64,000 nt of DNA from positions 9,556,232 through 9,620,231 of the forward strand of contig MU056000.1 of the NCBI GenBank assembly GCA_013239625.1, written 5' to 3'. Position numbers and translations under genes: made by a program. This DNA is from Lama guanicoe (lineage: Eukaryota). Below the pieces are notes generated by a model. It did not search any database, was not told where the DNA came from, and was given only the letters and a program-made list of their open reading frames with translations. This document shows, in pieces, positions 1 through 13,620 of this stretch; positions within the stretch are counted from its first letter, which is position 1, and every line of letters begins with the position of its first letter.

Positions 1-399
1 CTACTGCACCTTGCTCGCTTCCGCAAGCCCTTCCCAAAGAGAACCACTGAAAACAGTGACAGTTGTAAAGCAATGTTTTATGTGTTGTTCCAGATAAATA
101 TCACTCTCAGAGTAAGGAAAGCATTTCCAAGCATAGAAATAGAGAAAGAGAGCATAAAGTAATAGATTGATGGCCTTGATCACATAAAGATTTTAAATGT
201 GTGTGCAACGAAAGCTGCCAAAAGCAAGATCCGAAAAGCACATACCGGAAGGAGGTCGGTACACCGTAAATAACAGACAGTGGGTCATTATCCCTAACAC
301 AAAAGCTGCTCTTCCATAGGGAAAAAGAGGCGGATATGCCAGTAGGAAAACTGGCAAAATGTGAAAAGCTGATGCACGAAAGACAAAATACACACCTAC

Positions 400-861
400 A
401 ATGAAAATATTTCTGAGTTCAACTGACATGCAAAACAAAAACAAGGACTTTAAACACCAGCGCCATTTTAGCCCATCATAGAAGCAATTATTTTTCTGAT
501 ACTATTCAGTATTAACGAGGTTATGAAAAATCAGATATTTATATGCCACTGGTGAAAATGTGACCTGCCACATTTTTTAATAGGAAATATGCCAATACTC
601 ATCAAAAAAATCTTACAAATGTATACAATGTTTGCATTCCTAATCCTATTTCTGGGAATATATTGGGAGGAAATAATCAAAGATATAAACAATTATTTAT
701 TAGTAAATATGATGAAGTATCCATAACAAGGAATATTTGTCATCCATTAAAATTTATGTTTTAAAAGAATATTTGATGACATGAATAAATAATCACATTA
801 TAAAGGATGAGTTGAAAGTTATAAACAGTGTGGACCATAAACTTATTTGTGTATGTTTATT

Positions 862-894
<33 letters not shown>

Positions 895-1060
895 CTTCCC
901 CAGAAAGCTAGACGGATGCCAGTGGTGATCAGAAGTAGTGACCATTCATGACTAAAGTTTCTCATGGGAGGCTTTTTTTTTTTCTGTATTCTCCCAATCA
1001 TAACTATGTATTTCTTTTATAAATATTATAAGAAAAATAAGTGTTTTTCAAAATTATATA
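400..1060 (+). mobile_element. Ancient LINE-1 (L1ME-type) 3' fragment
   Basis: Degenerate resemblance to the old L1 ORF2 end/3'UTR (e.g. ctaatcctatttctgggaatatattgggaggaaataatc); A-rich; boundaries approximate. Confidence 0.55.
862..893. repeat. (TG)n microsatellite
   Basis: Direct TG run. Confidence 0.95.
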
Positions 1061-4000
1061 TGTGTTAATAATTGATCAAAATGTCATTCGTCATTGAATT
1101 CTGTGTCAGATTATTTGGTCCACTTTTTATTGCATTCATATCAAAATGCCCATTAAAGATGCTACAGCCCTGGAGGAAGAGAATAATTCTTCTTAATGAA
1201 CCCAGGATACATTATGTCTGCTGCCCATGGCCAAACCAGCAGATAAGCCTTGAAATAATGTTTGGAGCAATTAGCTTCCAGAAAATGAATGCTCAACATC
1301 CAAATTAAGGCCAATAAATGACCATTATAAAGACCTCAAGTATCTTTGAAACATTGTCTATTTAAAATCGAACTATAACTATGAAAATTTTAATGTATGG
1401 CAAAAAGTTTCTTTTTAATTGCAATACTTAGAAAGCACATTGAATTCTGTAGGAAAAAAAATATAATCAAATTATGATATGTTTGTGTTTCCTCCTCTGA
1501 ATCTACAGTTCCTTGCCTATAATTATCACATTTAAAGCGGTTTAGAGACTCAACCCTCAGTGCGGTGAGGAAGCAGACTTTGAGGAGATGGAATTGTGTA
1601 CACATGCCGGCTCCAAACTGCACATGGTCAGGCTCAAGTATAGCATTTTTAATATCCTGATCCAACTGAAAAATGGATGTTATAAAATAATTCTGCATCT
1701 GGCAATAGCATATTTTCCACATGGACTTCTCCGTCAGATGTCGTGTAAGATGGCGATTCCCAATTGGTCTAATTTAGTCTAGATTTCCTCTCACCCTTTG
1801 TTCTTTTGGGAAATGGCAGTCCCTTTGCAGTTTGTCTCTGATGGTGAGCTGCATCTTTGCCAGCAGCAGTGCGTGGTTCTCCAAAATGTGTTAATCCTGG
1901 TGAGATTTACCTTTATCTCCTAGAGCCTTCACTAAGTCATCATCCTCCTTCTGGCGTTTATCATTTTAATGAGGAGTCTTGGAGAGCAGCTAGTCAAAAC
2001 AGACTTCCAGCTAGCACTTTTAAAATAGCTAATGCCAATCCACTGATCCTTCAATACTTAAAGGAATCTTACTGGGAAGAATTTCTTGAGCCATTTTTAA
2101 AACTGCTGTAAAGGCTCTGATTTTTGTCTCGCATTGACAAAAACAGTTGATTTAATCTAGTCACAACTTCTTTGGGATTCAATTTCTCTCTCTGGAAAAT
2201 AAGACAGTGTTGTGTGTGTGTGTGTATTGTGTGCTGTATGTGTGTTGTGCATTCATTATATCAAACACAGCCTAGGAGGTTACATATGCCAACATGTTAG
2301 CAGTGATCCCCTTTGGGCAATGAGATGATGGGTGATTTTTTAAAATATCCTTTCCACAAATATACAAAATGTTTAAGAAACTAAATAATAACAAGTTCTA
2401 GCTTTGCACAACCTACTCTAGATCATAGACCCTTTAAATTATAACTATTCAATGAATTTGTAAAAATATATTAGTTTGTCTAGAGTGTTCTAAAGATCCA
2501 TGATTTGGTGAAATAACAGGCTATATACACTTTTTATTATCCAAGAACAGTATTATAATTGGGCTTATAAATTAGTTCCTACACATGCAGTTAAGAGTTC
2601 TGAATATTGAATAAAAAAATAAAATCCTATGTAAGTGGGCTAACCTTTAAAAAGAAAACAAATCATTCTACATATTGTCCACAAAGAACAACAAAAATAT
2701 CTTTCTTTTCTTTTTTCTTTAATGTCTCTAAGTTTACAGAAAATCATCTCAAAGTAAAATCTGCATAAAGAAAGAATGTTTTTGGTATTATTTAGATTCA
2801 AGGGGATTTGGCAAATTCTATGCCACTTTCTTGACAAGTTATGAATCAGCTTAAAATTAAGACAAAGCAGTAAGAGAGACAGATAAGCAAAATATTGCCA
2901 GTATTGCTGATACAGCTAATATGGTGTAAAATAGTCTATGTCTGGTGTAAGCGAATTTCTAATGCTGAATCCCAGAGCTGGGCTGACTCACATCTGAGCC
3001 ATCACAGGGCTCCTGGATTCCAGGCCTGAGCCCCAGTGACAGGCCTTCCCTATTAAGATGATGACAGCAGTGATGGAGAACACTGGATCTCGGTGGACAG
3101 GCCAATTTCCTAGAGAAAAAAGAGATGAAGTGGCCAAGGTACATGCAATCTCCTCTTCATACTAAATTTTCTACTAAGGTACATTTAGGGAGAGGAATGG
3201 GGTGGGTGGAGAAGTCATGAGTATTACACAGGAAATAATACAGCGGGGATTAAAAAGGGTCTCCTGCCAATCAAAGCAGGGATCTTTGTTCAGTACCCTG
3301 ACACCATTGATGATTAAAATATTCCACATCCAGGAATTTTCCACCTACCTGCCTCTTACTCACTTAACATATGGTTGGGAGATTATTCTAAAATGTGTTT
3401 CACCCTTTCCCACTTTCTTAACTGGAGGTTAGCAACGGTGATGGTAAGTTCTTCTGTTCTGAATCCGAACCTGCTTTGACATCTGCCATCGCTCCCAGGT
3501 TCCTGGGTACTTCAGCCAAGTGGCTGTCCTGGCAGCACAGGAAGGCTTACCTGGACCGGCCAACTTTCAAACTTCAAAGTTGTCTTCACCTCAAGCCCAG
3601 AGAGGTTTGCAGAACTAGGTCTCCCAGAGCCTGTTCTCAGGGCCAGTTTCGGGTAACTTCAGTTTTCTAGCTTCTGCTTCCTTTGCAGAAGACAAACCCA
3701 GCCCCAATCTGGGCCCCTTCCTAATGGTACCAATTGAAAGAAGAGAAAAGGGAACATAGTTCCCCTCCCCCAATAAAAAGAGTCCTCAATAAAGTTGCTT
3801 CTTATCGGACTCAGATTAGTATCGCTTCACTCCTCCAGCGAGGATGCTCATAGCTGTGGACTCAGAAACAGAGAAGGAGAAACTTCTCTTCCCTGGATGG
3901 TGGACTTTTTCTTTTTCCTCCTCATTTTTAGTTCGACAACGTCTCCGTTTTCTCCCTTGTTACCTACCAGGAGTCCTCCCTTCTGTGAGAGTAGGAGAAA

Positions 4001-4779
4001 TAACAGAGGGTATAGAATTGCAGCCTTGCTTTTCCAAGGCCATTGTTAAAAGCATCCCTTCCTGTAACAAGTTATTTACACTTTATGACTTAAACAGTGA
4101 GGCCTCGTGATAATACTGGGCAAATACACAAATCCAGACAAAGGTGGAATCAAATTCTTGCTTGACAGTTTAACGATGGGACCCAGACTGAATTAATCCA
4201 GTTCTTCAAGATGTTCTGTCCTCTTTTGCAAAACAAAAGCACAGTCCTGATGATTAGATGATGTGGCTTCGAGCATGCAACAGAGCACTTGGCGTGGTAC
4301 CTCTCTCCCCTCTCTGCTACTTTCAGTGGTGGTTGGAATAAGCAGGCTGTCTGCCTCTACACATAACATCCTCAGCAACACCAAATTGTTTTGCTCCTGC
4401 CTCCTCTTTTGTTGCCAGGTGTCAATTCTTGCCGCCGCTGTGTGTCCCTTCAGCTTTTAACCAGCGCCTCCACTCGACATGGCTTTTGTTGACTGATGGC
4501 TGAGTGCCTCAGCCCTCCTCCCTTGGAGTAGAGGCACGGGCTTTGTGACAGCTTATCGCTTTGTAGTGAATGTGTGTCAGATCCGTGCTGTCCACTGCCT
4601 TTGAGCATCTTTCCTGTGTTTCAAAGCCTCCTCCCTGGGCAGTGACTAAGGCAGATTCTCAAATACAAACCAGCTCTTCTGTCATTCTGTTTTGTGATGA
4701 AGAACCAAGATTCACTAAACCAAACATACTTTGCCTGCTGCTCCCTGTTGGGTTTTGCCAAAGGAAGCTCTAGAGGGAA

Positions 4780-5246
4780 ACTGCAAAGCTTGAGGATGGA
4801 AAAAGCGTTGTCCCATCCTGTGTGACGTCTGCTCCAGTTAGCCTCACTCAAGCAACCGTCTTCACCACGGCAACAGACCCTCATTCTGGTGCTGTCCTTG
4901 GTTCTAGTCTGCAGTTGTTCCAATGCCTGCACAACTGGCCTCATTGCTCTGCCTCGAAGACACAGTAAACACCAATCAGCCAGCATCCCCTCCAGGAACC
5001 TGGGTCCTCACCCAAAGGGACCCATCCTCTACACATCTAAGTTTCAATAACTCCAACCTCTTCCTTTGGTTCCCAAACCCTAGAGGTGGTCCCCTTTACT
5101 GCAACTGCAACTGCTACTCTGTGATACATTCCTGGGATTTTTCCCCCGATATTTCCTTATATCCAGTTAGCCAATCTTTGTGTTAAAATATCTCTGTTAA
5201 AATTACTGATGTGATTGCTCAGTTCTAACAGAACCCTGACTGATAA
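4780..5246 (+). mobile_element. ERVL-type solo LTR (LTR33-like)
   Basis: 3' end ctctgttaaaattactgatgtgattgctcagttctaacagaaccctgactgata resembles the LTR33 terminus; 5' boundary uncertain. Confidence 0.55.
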
Positions 5247-5660
5247 ATCCATATCACAAGTTCTGCCTCTCCAAGGGAGGGCCCAGAACTCACTTGTTCA
5301 GGGCTCATGACAGCTAGAACACAGGCCTGCATTCATCCTATCTGCTGGCACTCATGTCACCAGTTGAATGTACCCTGTAATATTCAGAAGACAGCAATCA
5401 GGGATATCAGTTATAATCCTTTGGATTAGAAATAAGATACATAGAAAAAAGTCTGGTGTCCTTTATTTTTTTAACAGATTTATTGAAGTAGAATTGAGAT
5501 ACAAAAACCTGCACATTTAGTGTATATAATTAACGGCAAACTTTAGTGTTCAACAAATGTAGATACTACTCCTGAAATACTGTGAGTATATTAAACCTGT
5601 GATGTCAGATCTTTGAGGGTAAGACCCACGTTCTGAACGTGCTCTGTATCCCAGCATGAC

Positions 5661-6054
5661 TGCTGTAGCCTGCTCAGGCTGCTGTGACGTAATCTCACAG
5701 ACTGGGTGGCTTAAACAGTGCACGTTTATTTTCTCACAGTTCTAGAGGCCGGAAGTCCAAGGTCAAGGTGTGGGCAGGATTGGTTTCAAATGACATCTCG
5801 CTCCTTAGCTTGCAGGTGGCATGTGCTCATTCTGTCTTCACATGGCCTTTCCTCTGTGCGCACATGGAAAGAGACAGATCTCTGGTTTCTCATTCTCATT
5901 CTCATAAGGACACCAGTCCTGCTGGACTAGGGCCCCACTCCTATGACCTCATTTAACCTTAATTACCTCCTTAAACACCCCATCACCAAATACAACCACA
6001 TTGGTAGTTAGTGCTTCCATGTATGAATAGGGGGAGTTAATTCAGTTCACGGCA
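5661..6054 (-). mobile_element. MaLR solo LTR (MLT1A-type)
   Basis: cagactgggtggcttaaaca...tttattttctcacagttctagaggc...ataaggacaccagtcc...atgacctcatttaaccttaattacctcc matches reverse-complemented MLT1A. Confidence 0.9.
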
Positions 6055-7524
6055 TTGATTGTACATGAATTGAGGGGGGACGGGGGTGTTATCTAAAATC
6101 TGTGGGGATTCTATCTGTAAATTAACAGATATGGCGTGATTAGGAAAATTCTTATTTTCAAATTTCTTATTTTCAAAATTCTACTAATTTCAGCATATTA
6201 GACCTTCTACCTTCTTCCCCATGCCATACCAAATAATTTTCTTCCCTTAGAGATTAGTTTGGGATCCGTATCACCAACACATGATTTGACGTCACTTTTC
6301 TGGAAGGATGATGGCTTTCCAAAGATTGACTATGAAGTATTTTCCATATCCTTTTAGCAGGTCAGAAGTAAAATTTAATGGCTTCATGTAATTTACAGTC
6401 CTCCTACCATGTGCTCAAAATGAATAGCCTGGGTTGACTCGTCTGGCTGTGAATACTTGTCCTGAATAGTTTCTGAAATTACTGAAAAGTACCACTGTCT
6501 ATTGTGGGAAATGCATTCTTATGATTACAGCCCTACTTCAGGTGCCATTATGTGGTGTTTGTCAATGTGAGGTGTCTCCTTAATTAATTCTTTTTGAGCT
6601 TTCAAATATGTACCAAGGGATGCCATCAGTAGGAAGAAGGAAAACAACTTATCCGATGTAAAATGAGGATAATTCCCACCCCTGCCGGTTTCATGAAGCT
6701 TAAAATGAAAACATAGACACACTGAAAGCACTGGCACATTTAAATTGAAGGTAAATCTTAGTCTGTAAGCTTTGCAACTGAAAAGTATGATGAAATTGCA
6801 TTTCTGGCAAAGCAGGAGAAAGAATGATGGCCTAATTTTATTAATTGTGTTTTTTTTCTTAAAGATTAGGCTCTTTTTTCCCATCGTTGCAAATCTGCCA
6901 TGACAATTCAAGAAAATCAAATCTCCCCAGGACTGAATGATTTATTAAGATGAGGGCAAAGAGTAAAGATAGTGGGCACACTGGAATCACAGCCCCTGGG
7001 CATTACCATGAAAGAGATACGTTTTGCCCCTTAAGGATGCGACTGCCTATTGTGTTACCAACAGAAAGTTCTGCTTGCTATAAAGGTCACCAATTTTACA
7101 GCTATTGCCTTGGCTGGGACAAGTGCAATGCAATGATCAGATTACAAAATTATGGGTCAATTAAATAACTTATTAGCTTAAAATTAGTTTAAAAAGTGCA
7201 GGTACTAAACAGTAATTCAGGTAAGAGGGAGGCAATGCAAAAAAACCTCATTTAGTCTTTTAGCTGGCCTGGCATCCCTGGCCTCTTTCAGCCCCAGCAC
7301 ACCCAGAGGTCCATGCCTGGCACAAGTGGTTAACTACTATTCATCACTGGGTTTTCAGTTAAGATAAATCTTTCTCTGGAAAAAGTGTTCTGGCAACCAC
7401 AATCTAGGAGAGGAATGGGGCCCCGCAGTCCCCTGTTCGGTTCACACTGTTATGGGTCTTCCAACTTGTCTGAATCACCCTCTGGACTGTAAGCTTTATG
7501 AAAAAAAGGAACATGTGTCTTTTC

Positions 7525-8910
7525 CTTCCTTCATTCATTCGTTATTCAGAGAGCTGGTAGATATTCATTAGGCATGTGTTTTGTGCCACAAGCTGTTCTA
7601 GAAACAGGGATACCACAGTGAAAATACTGAAAGTCCCTGACCTTACTAAGCTTGCACTCTAATTGGAAAGGCAAAAATAAATAAACAAACATATATGCCA
7701 TACAAGCTCTTAAGCAATTTATGAAGTAAGATGAGAGAAAATAATGAGGATATTATTTCATTCAAGGTGAGTGGTCAGAAAAGACCTCACTGAGGAAGCA
7801 GGAGAGAGACGTGTGTGGTTAGCGTCTGGAGGAAGAGCTTTCCGGGCAGATGGAAAACCAGGCACAATGATGCCCAGATAGGAGCAGGCTCCACAGGCTG
7901 AAGGCGTGGCAAGAAGGACAGTGTGATGTGAGAACAAGAAGCAAGGAGAAGAATGGTAGAAGGAAGGCAGAGCGGAGCTCAGGGAACAGACCACATGGAG
8001 CCCTGAGGACCGTGACGAAGATACTGAATTTTATTCCAGGGATGATGAGAAGACCTTGTATATTCTTTCCTGGCTAAAGATAGGTGAAGTGTGGGAAAAG
8101 GAGACCCCTCAAGAAGTTACTGCAGGAGTCCAAGCAAGAAGGGATAATGGCCTGGAATAGAACGATAGGAGCAAGACCCATGAGAAGCAGCCAGATTTGG
8201 GATACATTTTAAAGGTAGAGCCAATGGCATTGCTGATAAACTGACAGAGGAATTAAGGGAAAGTAGGAATTAAAAATGGCTCCAAGGTTTTGAGTTTGAG
8301 TAACTAGATGGACAAAGATGCCATCTTCTGAGATGAGGAACCCTGGGGAGGGATCAGGTTCAGAGAAGGAGAAGAGCATCAGCTGTATCTTGAAAATGTT
8401 AGGTCTGAGAGTCCTATTAAAACCCAGGTAGAGATAGGAAATGGGCAATTGAACATCCATGATTGGCCCTGGGGAAATGCATGTATGAATCAGGAGAAGT
8501 TAGAGGGCATTAAAAGCCAATGGTTTGAGATTACCTAGATCAGGATCTACAAACACCGGTTTGTGGTCAAATCAGGACACCTTCCTGTTTTGATAAAAAC
8601 ACGCTATTGGAACACAGCCACATTCATATGTTCCTGTATTGTCTATGGGTACTTTTTTGCTATAATGGTAGAGTTGAATTGTTCTGACAGAGACAGTGTG
8701 GCCTGCAAAAGCCTGAAATATTTACTGTCCAGACATTTATAGAAAGAAACTGTCAACTTCTGATCTAGAGATAAGTAGAGATGAAGACAGGAGGTCTGAG
8801 GACCTCACGGTGGGATCTTCCAGCATCTAAGAAGTCAGTGAGAACAGGAGGATATAGAAAAAAAAGAAAAGAAAAGAAAACAGAAGGAGCAGTGGTGAGA
8901 AAGTAGGAGT
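7525..8910 (-). mobile_element. LINE-2 (L2a-like) 3' portion, interrupted by MER58A and itself inserted into a plus-strand L2 3' end
   Basis: Starts with the cattcattc tail; typical purine-rich L2 antisense body; flanks 7370-7524 and 8911-9005 join into an L2 3' end. Confidence 0.75.
8541..8762 (+). mobile_element. MER58A hAT-Charlie MITE
   Basis: ttggaacacagccac...gtggcctgcaaaagcctgaaatatttact...; CAG...CTG ends; degenerate 8-bp TSD acctagat (8533-8540) / atctagag (8763-8770) fits the NTCTAGAN target. Confidence 0.88.
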
Positions 8911-10080
8911 TTTTTTTCACGGTTACATCCTTCACACCTAGGACAGAGCCTGCCTGGGGAAGATGTCAAAGAATATTGATGGATGTCAGACTAATGGATA
9001 AATAAGGTGATGGTATTAATTTTTTAAATGTTTAAAAATGTTTTGCCTTCCAGTCTGCCAGCACTTCAGTATGATTCCATGATTAAAGATTCTGAGGTTA
9101 CCAAGAAGTTTTCAGAGGAAAAATAATATTTTTAATCTCATCTATGGGTAAGATAAAAACAGCAGGCTCCCGAGTCAACTTTTAGTCTGCTATATTTCCT
9201 TCCTGATCCTAAAAATAGGTTCTGTGTATTTTTATTGCAGGATCCAAAACAGAGAAGAGATTGACCAAAATGAAAGGGCTCAGACTAGCACTGCTCTCCA
9301 CATTCTATCACTGGAGAAGATGGGCATTTCAAAAGCCAATTTGTGTAGTGTAATTTATTCCAGCTGCCCCACAGAAATAAGTAATACTCTTAGGCCCTCT
9401 CATATTGAAAGATTTTTTTTTAAAGCTGGACAAGCATTTCTCACATCTTTCAGCTGCATTAGATATCTAAGAGAAAAATCTGTCACCCTGGGAAGCTATG
9501 CACTCTGCTTCCCAGGATCAAGCTTATCACCAAATATTCTGTGCAGCAGGTGACCTCTCTCCCTGCCTTCAGCTGATGGCCTTTCTGAAAAGTGAGGCTT
9601 TATGAGAGTAAGGGTCAATAGGAAGGGGGATCCCAGTTGGGTACCCCTTCAATCTTTTGTGAGCAATCTTGATGTAATATCCTTCCAAACTTTCTACAAG
9701 ATGTAAGGAAATATATTCAATGTCAACAGTAATAATCATCAAGCTGCTCTGAGCACCATCCTTGCTAAACTGTCTCGGGAAATCTTCCCTATAGCCTTTG
9801 GAAAAAAGGTTATTTTCTTTCCAGAAAGAAGGTAATTTAGACCCAGACACACATAATAAACTTGCTCATTACAACCCAACTTGTATCACGAAGAGCTAGA
9901 CTTTTACTCTGAAGTTCTGTATTTGGTGTGTTGTTGTTGTTTTTACAACACCCCATGCTTCCACAAGGCCCACCCCTGAGCTATAAATGAACTGAAAAGA
10001 AAACAGACAAGGTTTCCAAGGAATGAATTGAACCATGTAAGTATCCCCTCAACACATAGGTCCCATCACCTTCTGACTTG

Positions 10081-10438
10081 TGCTAAAAAATAAACTAAGA
10101 CGTGTTAAAATGTTCAAGTTTCTTTGAGCATGCATAGATTCAAATAAGGCAATGCCAAATCAAATGTGGTTGAGCGCTCCACCAACAGGAGCAAAGAAAG
10201 ATCTTACTGAGATATGAAAGCAAAGCAAGGAAGTTATTTGATTGGCTGTAGCTTAAGTAGTTGCTTTATTGAGGGAATTCTATTGGCTGCTTGTGATTGG
10301 TTGTTCTCAAGTTTCATTTTTCCTGAATTCAAGTGCGCTGACTCTGGTTTAGGTTTTGCACTGGCACCTGCTTCTGTAGCCTACCAAGGCTTTAGAGCCG
10401 CCCGCATCTAATGGCCTCCTTGTTTAATTACTCTAGCA
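10081..10438 (-). mobile_element. ERV1 solo LTR (MER31/MER67-like)
   Basis: TGCTA...TAGCA termini; exact 4-bp TSD cttg (10077-10080, 10439-10442); minus strand begins tgctagagtaattaaacaaggaggccattaga; several CCAAT boxes. Confidence 0.8.
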
Positions 10439-11335
10439 CTTGCTTGGGTAGAGATAAAGCCACCCCAAGTCATAAGATTCAACGCCAATAAATTTACTGG
10501 TAATTAACTTAAGCAGTTTTTGAGACCCAGACAAACCATCAACTCAGTTTGATTGGATAAGATCAAATAACAGTGCCTGATTTAAAAATCATGCATTGTT
10601 ACATTGATAAGCATTTATTTCTACTGAAAGTCATGCCAAGTAAATATTATCAATGGAAAAAACCTTCAGGGTGCATTTCCTTAATCTTTACTAATTATTC
10701 TGTTTACTAAGCGAAAACCAAAATTCTTATCCAGAACAAGCACTTTCTAGAAAATATCTTGTGCTCTGCAGCATTTTTCATGTACAGTAGCAGATGTCTC
10801 ACCTGATAGTCTTCGGCAAAACTTTTTATCTTTAATCTTCAGGTTTAAATCCTGCCATGCTGTTTTTTAATCATCATTTAACTTCTGTTCTTACTGTTTC
10901 ATTTATCCTACAGTGCAGAGTGGAGCTGTGAGATTTTGCAAATAATATTCCCTTGTGTGTATTCATTTTAAAAAAAGGAAAAAAATACTTCCTTATGTTT
11001 TTCCAACTTCTAAACTAATCCAAGGTACCTGCTTGCTCCCCAGCCTCAAGAAATACAATTTTGTACATCTGTCTCTTAACACAATAGATTTTCTTCAATA
11101 TTCCTCATGTATTTATCAGTTTCCAGTCAACAGTGGTTAAAAGAAAAGAAACATGGACTCTCTCCTCTCTTCTCTATTCTATTAGATTTTGTTAAATTCA
11201 TTGTAATTCTACAAGGCTTCATCAGGAATCTGTAATGTGCTTTGCACAGGGATAGGCAAGTTGGTGGGTAAGAAATATGTATACTTCTTATCTATACATA
11301 CACATATATGTATATACAGACATCCATATATGTTT

Positions 11336-11678
11336 TGCTGTAGACAATGTTTTTGTCCTTGCAAAAATTACATGTTGAAAATCTGATCCCCGGTGCAATG
11401 GTATTAGGAGGTGGGGCATTTGGGAGGTGATTAGGTCACCAGGAAGAAGCCCTCAAGAACGCAATTAGCACCTTTATATAAAAGACTCCACAGAGCGCCC
11501 TTGCCCCTTCTGCCATCGGAGGACACAGAGAAGAGCAGCCACTTGTAAGCCAGGAAGCAGGTCCCTACCAGACACCAAATCTGCCAGTGCCTTGATCTTA
11601 GATTTAACCAGACTCCAGAACTCTGACAGATAAACGTTTATTGTATTTTTCTTATAGCAACCCAAATGAACTAAGATA
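11336..11678 (+). mobile_element. MaLR solo LTR (MLT1A0-type)
   Basis: ggtattaggaggtggggcatttgggaggtgattaggtca...accagacaccaaatctgccagtgccttgatctt...ctaagata. Confidence 0.92.
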
Positions 11679-11844
11679 GAAAATTCTTTATATATAAAAT
11701 AATAGATTGCAACAATTTGAAGTTGTAATAGAGATGCTCAGCCACTTCCATAAACTTGGTTTAAAAAAAAATACTGATTACTTTTCTGGAAAGTCATCTT
11801 CTTTGGAGTACTTAGCTGAGACTGGAAGAGGCTATCTACCAATC

Positions 11845-12317
11845 TTTAGCAGGCAGAATAATGGCCCTCCCAAAGATGTCCACATCCTAATTCCTGGACT
11901 CTGTGAATTCAGATGTGATTAAATTTAGAATTTTAAGATTGAGGACATTATCCTGGATTATCTGTCACCACAAGGGTTCTTATAAGAGGGAAGTAGAAGG
12001 CTCAGAGTCAAGATGTGATGATGACAGCCGAGAGGGAAAAGACAATGTGACAACAGGAGCAGAAAGAGAAAGATTGGAAGATTCTATGCTACTGGCTTTG
12101 AGAATGGGAGTTGGGCCACAAGCCAAGGAACGCTGGTATGCTTTAAACTCTAGAAAAGACACGGATTGGATTCTCCCCTGGAACGTCCAGAAGGAACACA
12201 GTCCTGCCAACTATTTTTAGAATTCTAACCTCCAGAGATATATGGTAATAAATCTGTGTTGTTTCGAGCCACTAAGTTTGTGGTATCTTGTTATACCAGC
12301 AGTAGAAACTGAATATG
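11845..12317 (+). mobile_element. MaLR solo LTR (MLT1D-type)
   Basis: aggcagaataatggccctcccaaagatgtccacatcctaat...aataaatctgtgttgtttcgagccactaagtttgtggta. Confidence 0.9.
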
Positions 12318-13620
12318 TCTACCAGATGGATTCTGACAATTAATAAAGTGACAAGTGTCATAATCAGATAGTCTTGACAATAAAGGCCCATGTGCATAAA
12401 AGAAAACAAACTTCCCCTGGTGTCCATTTCTGTAAGCTGGCGTCTCATTACCGTTGCTATTACCATGTTATGTGGTGATCTCATCCCTCTGTGGTTCTGC
12501 AGGTGTTGGGTTGGGTCTCCAGGGGCAGAGTATATGAGTTGGCTGGACAGGAGAAATCATTCCCAGGTTAAACATGTGAGTTTAGACAGGTCTTCAATGC
12601 TGTGAGGGCAGGAAAAAGAATCCAGTATCTCACCCTTGATCTGGACTCCAGGGTGACTAACCAAGGCAACAGAGACGAAAGCGAGATTACTCCTGTAAAA
12701 TCATGCTAGAGGCCAGCAAAGGAAGGACTTGGGAGTATGTGATTTCTCCCAGGATCCCAACCTGGAATATTTTATAAATGCATTTACCTGTCTCTCTTAC
12801 CTACCAGTAAACTAAAGGGAAAAAATAGCATTTTCTCAGGTAATCTATGCATTATTTAAGCAGGAGCTACACAGATATTTATATGAGTGGTCATCGTTCC
12901 AAATTAGGACCAGAATTTTAAAGGAAAGTCCAGCCAGACTGCAGGGACAGCAACTCAAGACCAATCCCAAGGAGAAGGTGACTTTCAGGGATTTAGCTGA
13001 GGCCAGGGGACTAAGTGCTCTTTTCTTTCAGCTCATTTTTCCCTCTGACAACCTCGGTGATGCCAGCTTTGTTCTTACCGAGAAGAGCAGCATTTCATGG
13101 TAGCACAACGAGTGCTGTGGGAGAGCAGGAGGTACAGTCAGCATGGACTGAAAATTTTTTAAGAGAATCAGGAAGACGTGAACCAAGTCCGAAAAGGCAT
13201 AAAGATCAGAATAGGTCAAAAGGAAGAGGGAGACTGTTCTGGGCAGAGAGCTGCATGTGAATATAGGAAAGGCAGCGGGATGTATCCCCTTGTGTCCCTG
13301 GAGGCCAGGAGGCTGATTGGAGTGGGAATTAAGTCGGGACCAGATAGGACTGCAACAGGCAGAGGTTGAGAGGGAAAGACAGCATGGATTAGACTATAGA
13401 CCAGTCTCAGAGGAAAAGGTTGGCAAAGTAATTCGGTTATGAAGAGCAAGGATTGCTCGGCAAGCCTGGTAGAAGTGGGAATGGAGTAGAAGAAGAGATA
13501 AACCTGAGAATTAGTACATAGAAGAAAATCTGCTACAACTCAGAAATAAGAAATAAAATGGATTTTAAAAAAGATATAAATGGCTGTGCCTTGACCAAAT
13601 ATGAAGAATTCAATAAGGTG

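Noticed and set aside
3545..4062. Minus-strand CAG|GTAAGC donor with upstream acceptor, and twin plus-strand AATAAA near 3772 and 3788
   Set aside because: Stops in the frame examined; no supporting gene context
6145..6182. Short tandem duplication (aaattcttattttc) and similar ones near 32445 and 59834
   Set aside because: Ordinary slippage duplications with no spacer structure; not CRISPR-like
9569..9795. Faint resemblance of minus-strand candidate exons (54 kb, 39 kb, 32 kb, 9.7 kb) to TRP-channel segments
   Set aside because: Needs assumed frameshifts; no diagnostic motif; not supportable without a profile search
12545..12562. Exact 18-mer ggacaggagaaatcattc repeated at 53825-53842
   Set aside because: No extended similarity in the flanks; one such match in 64 kb is plausible by chance
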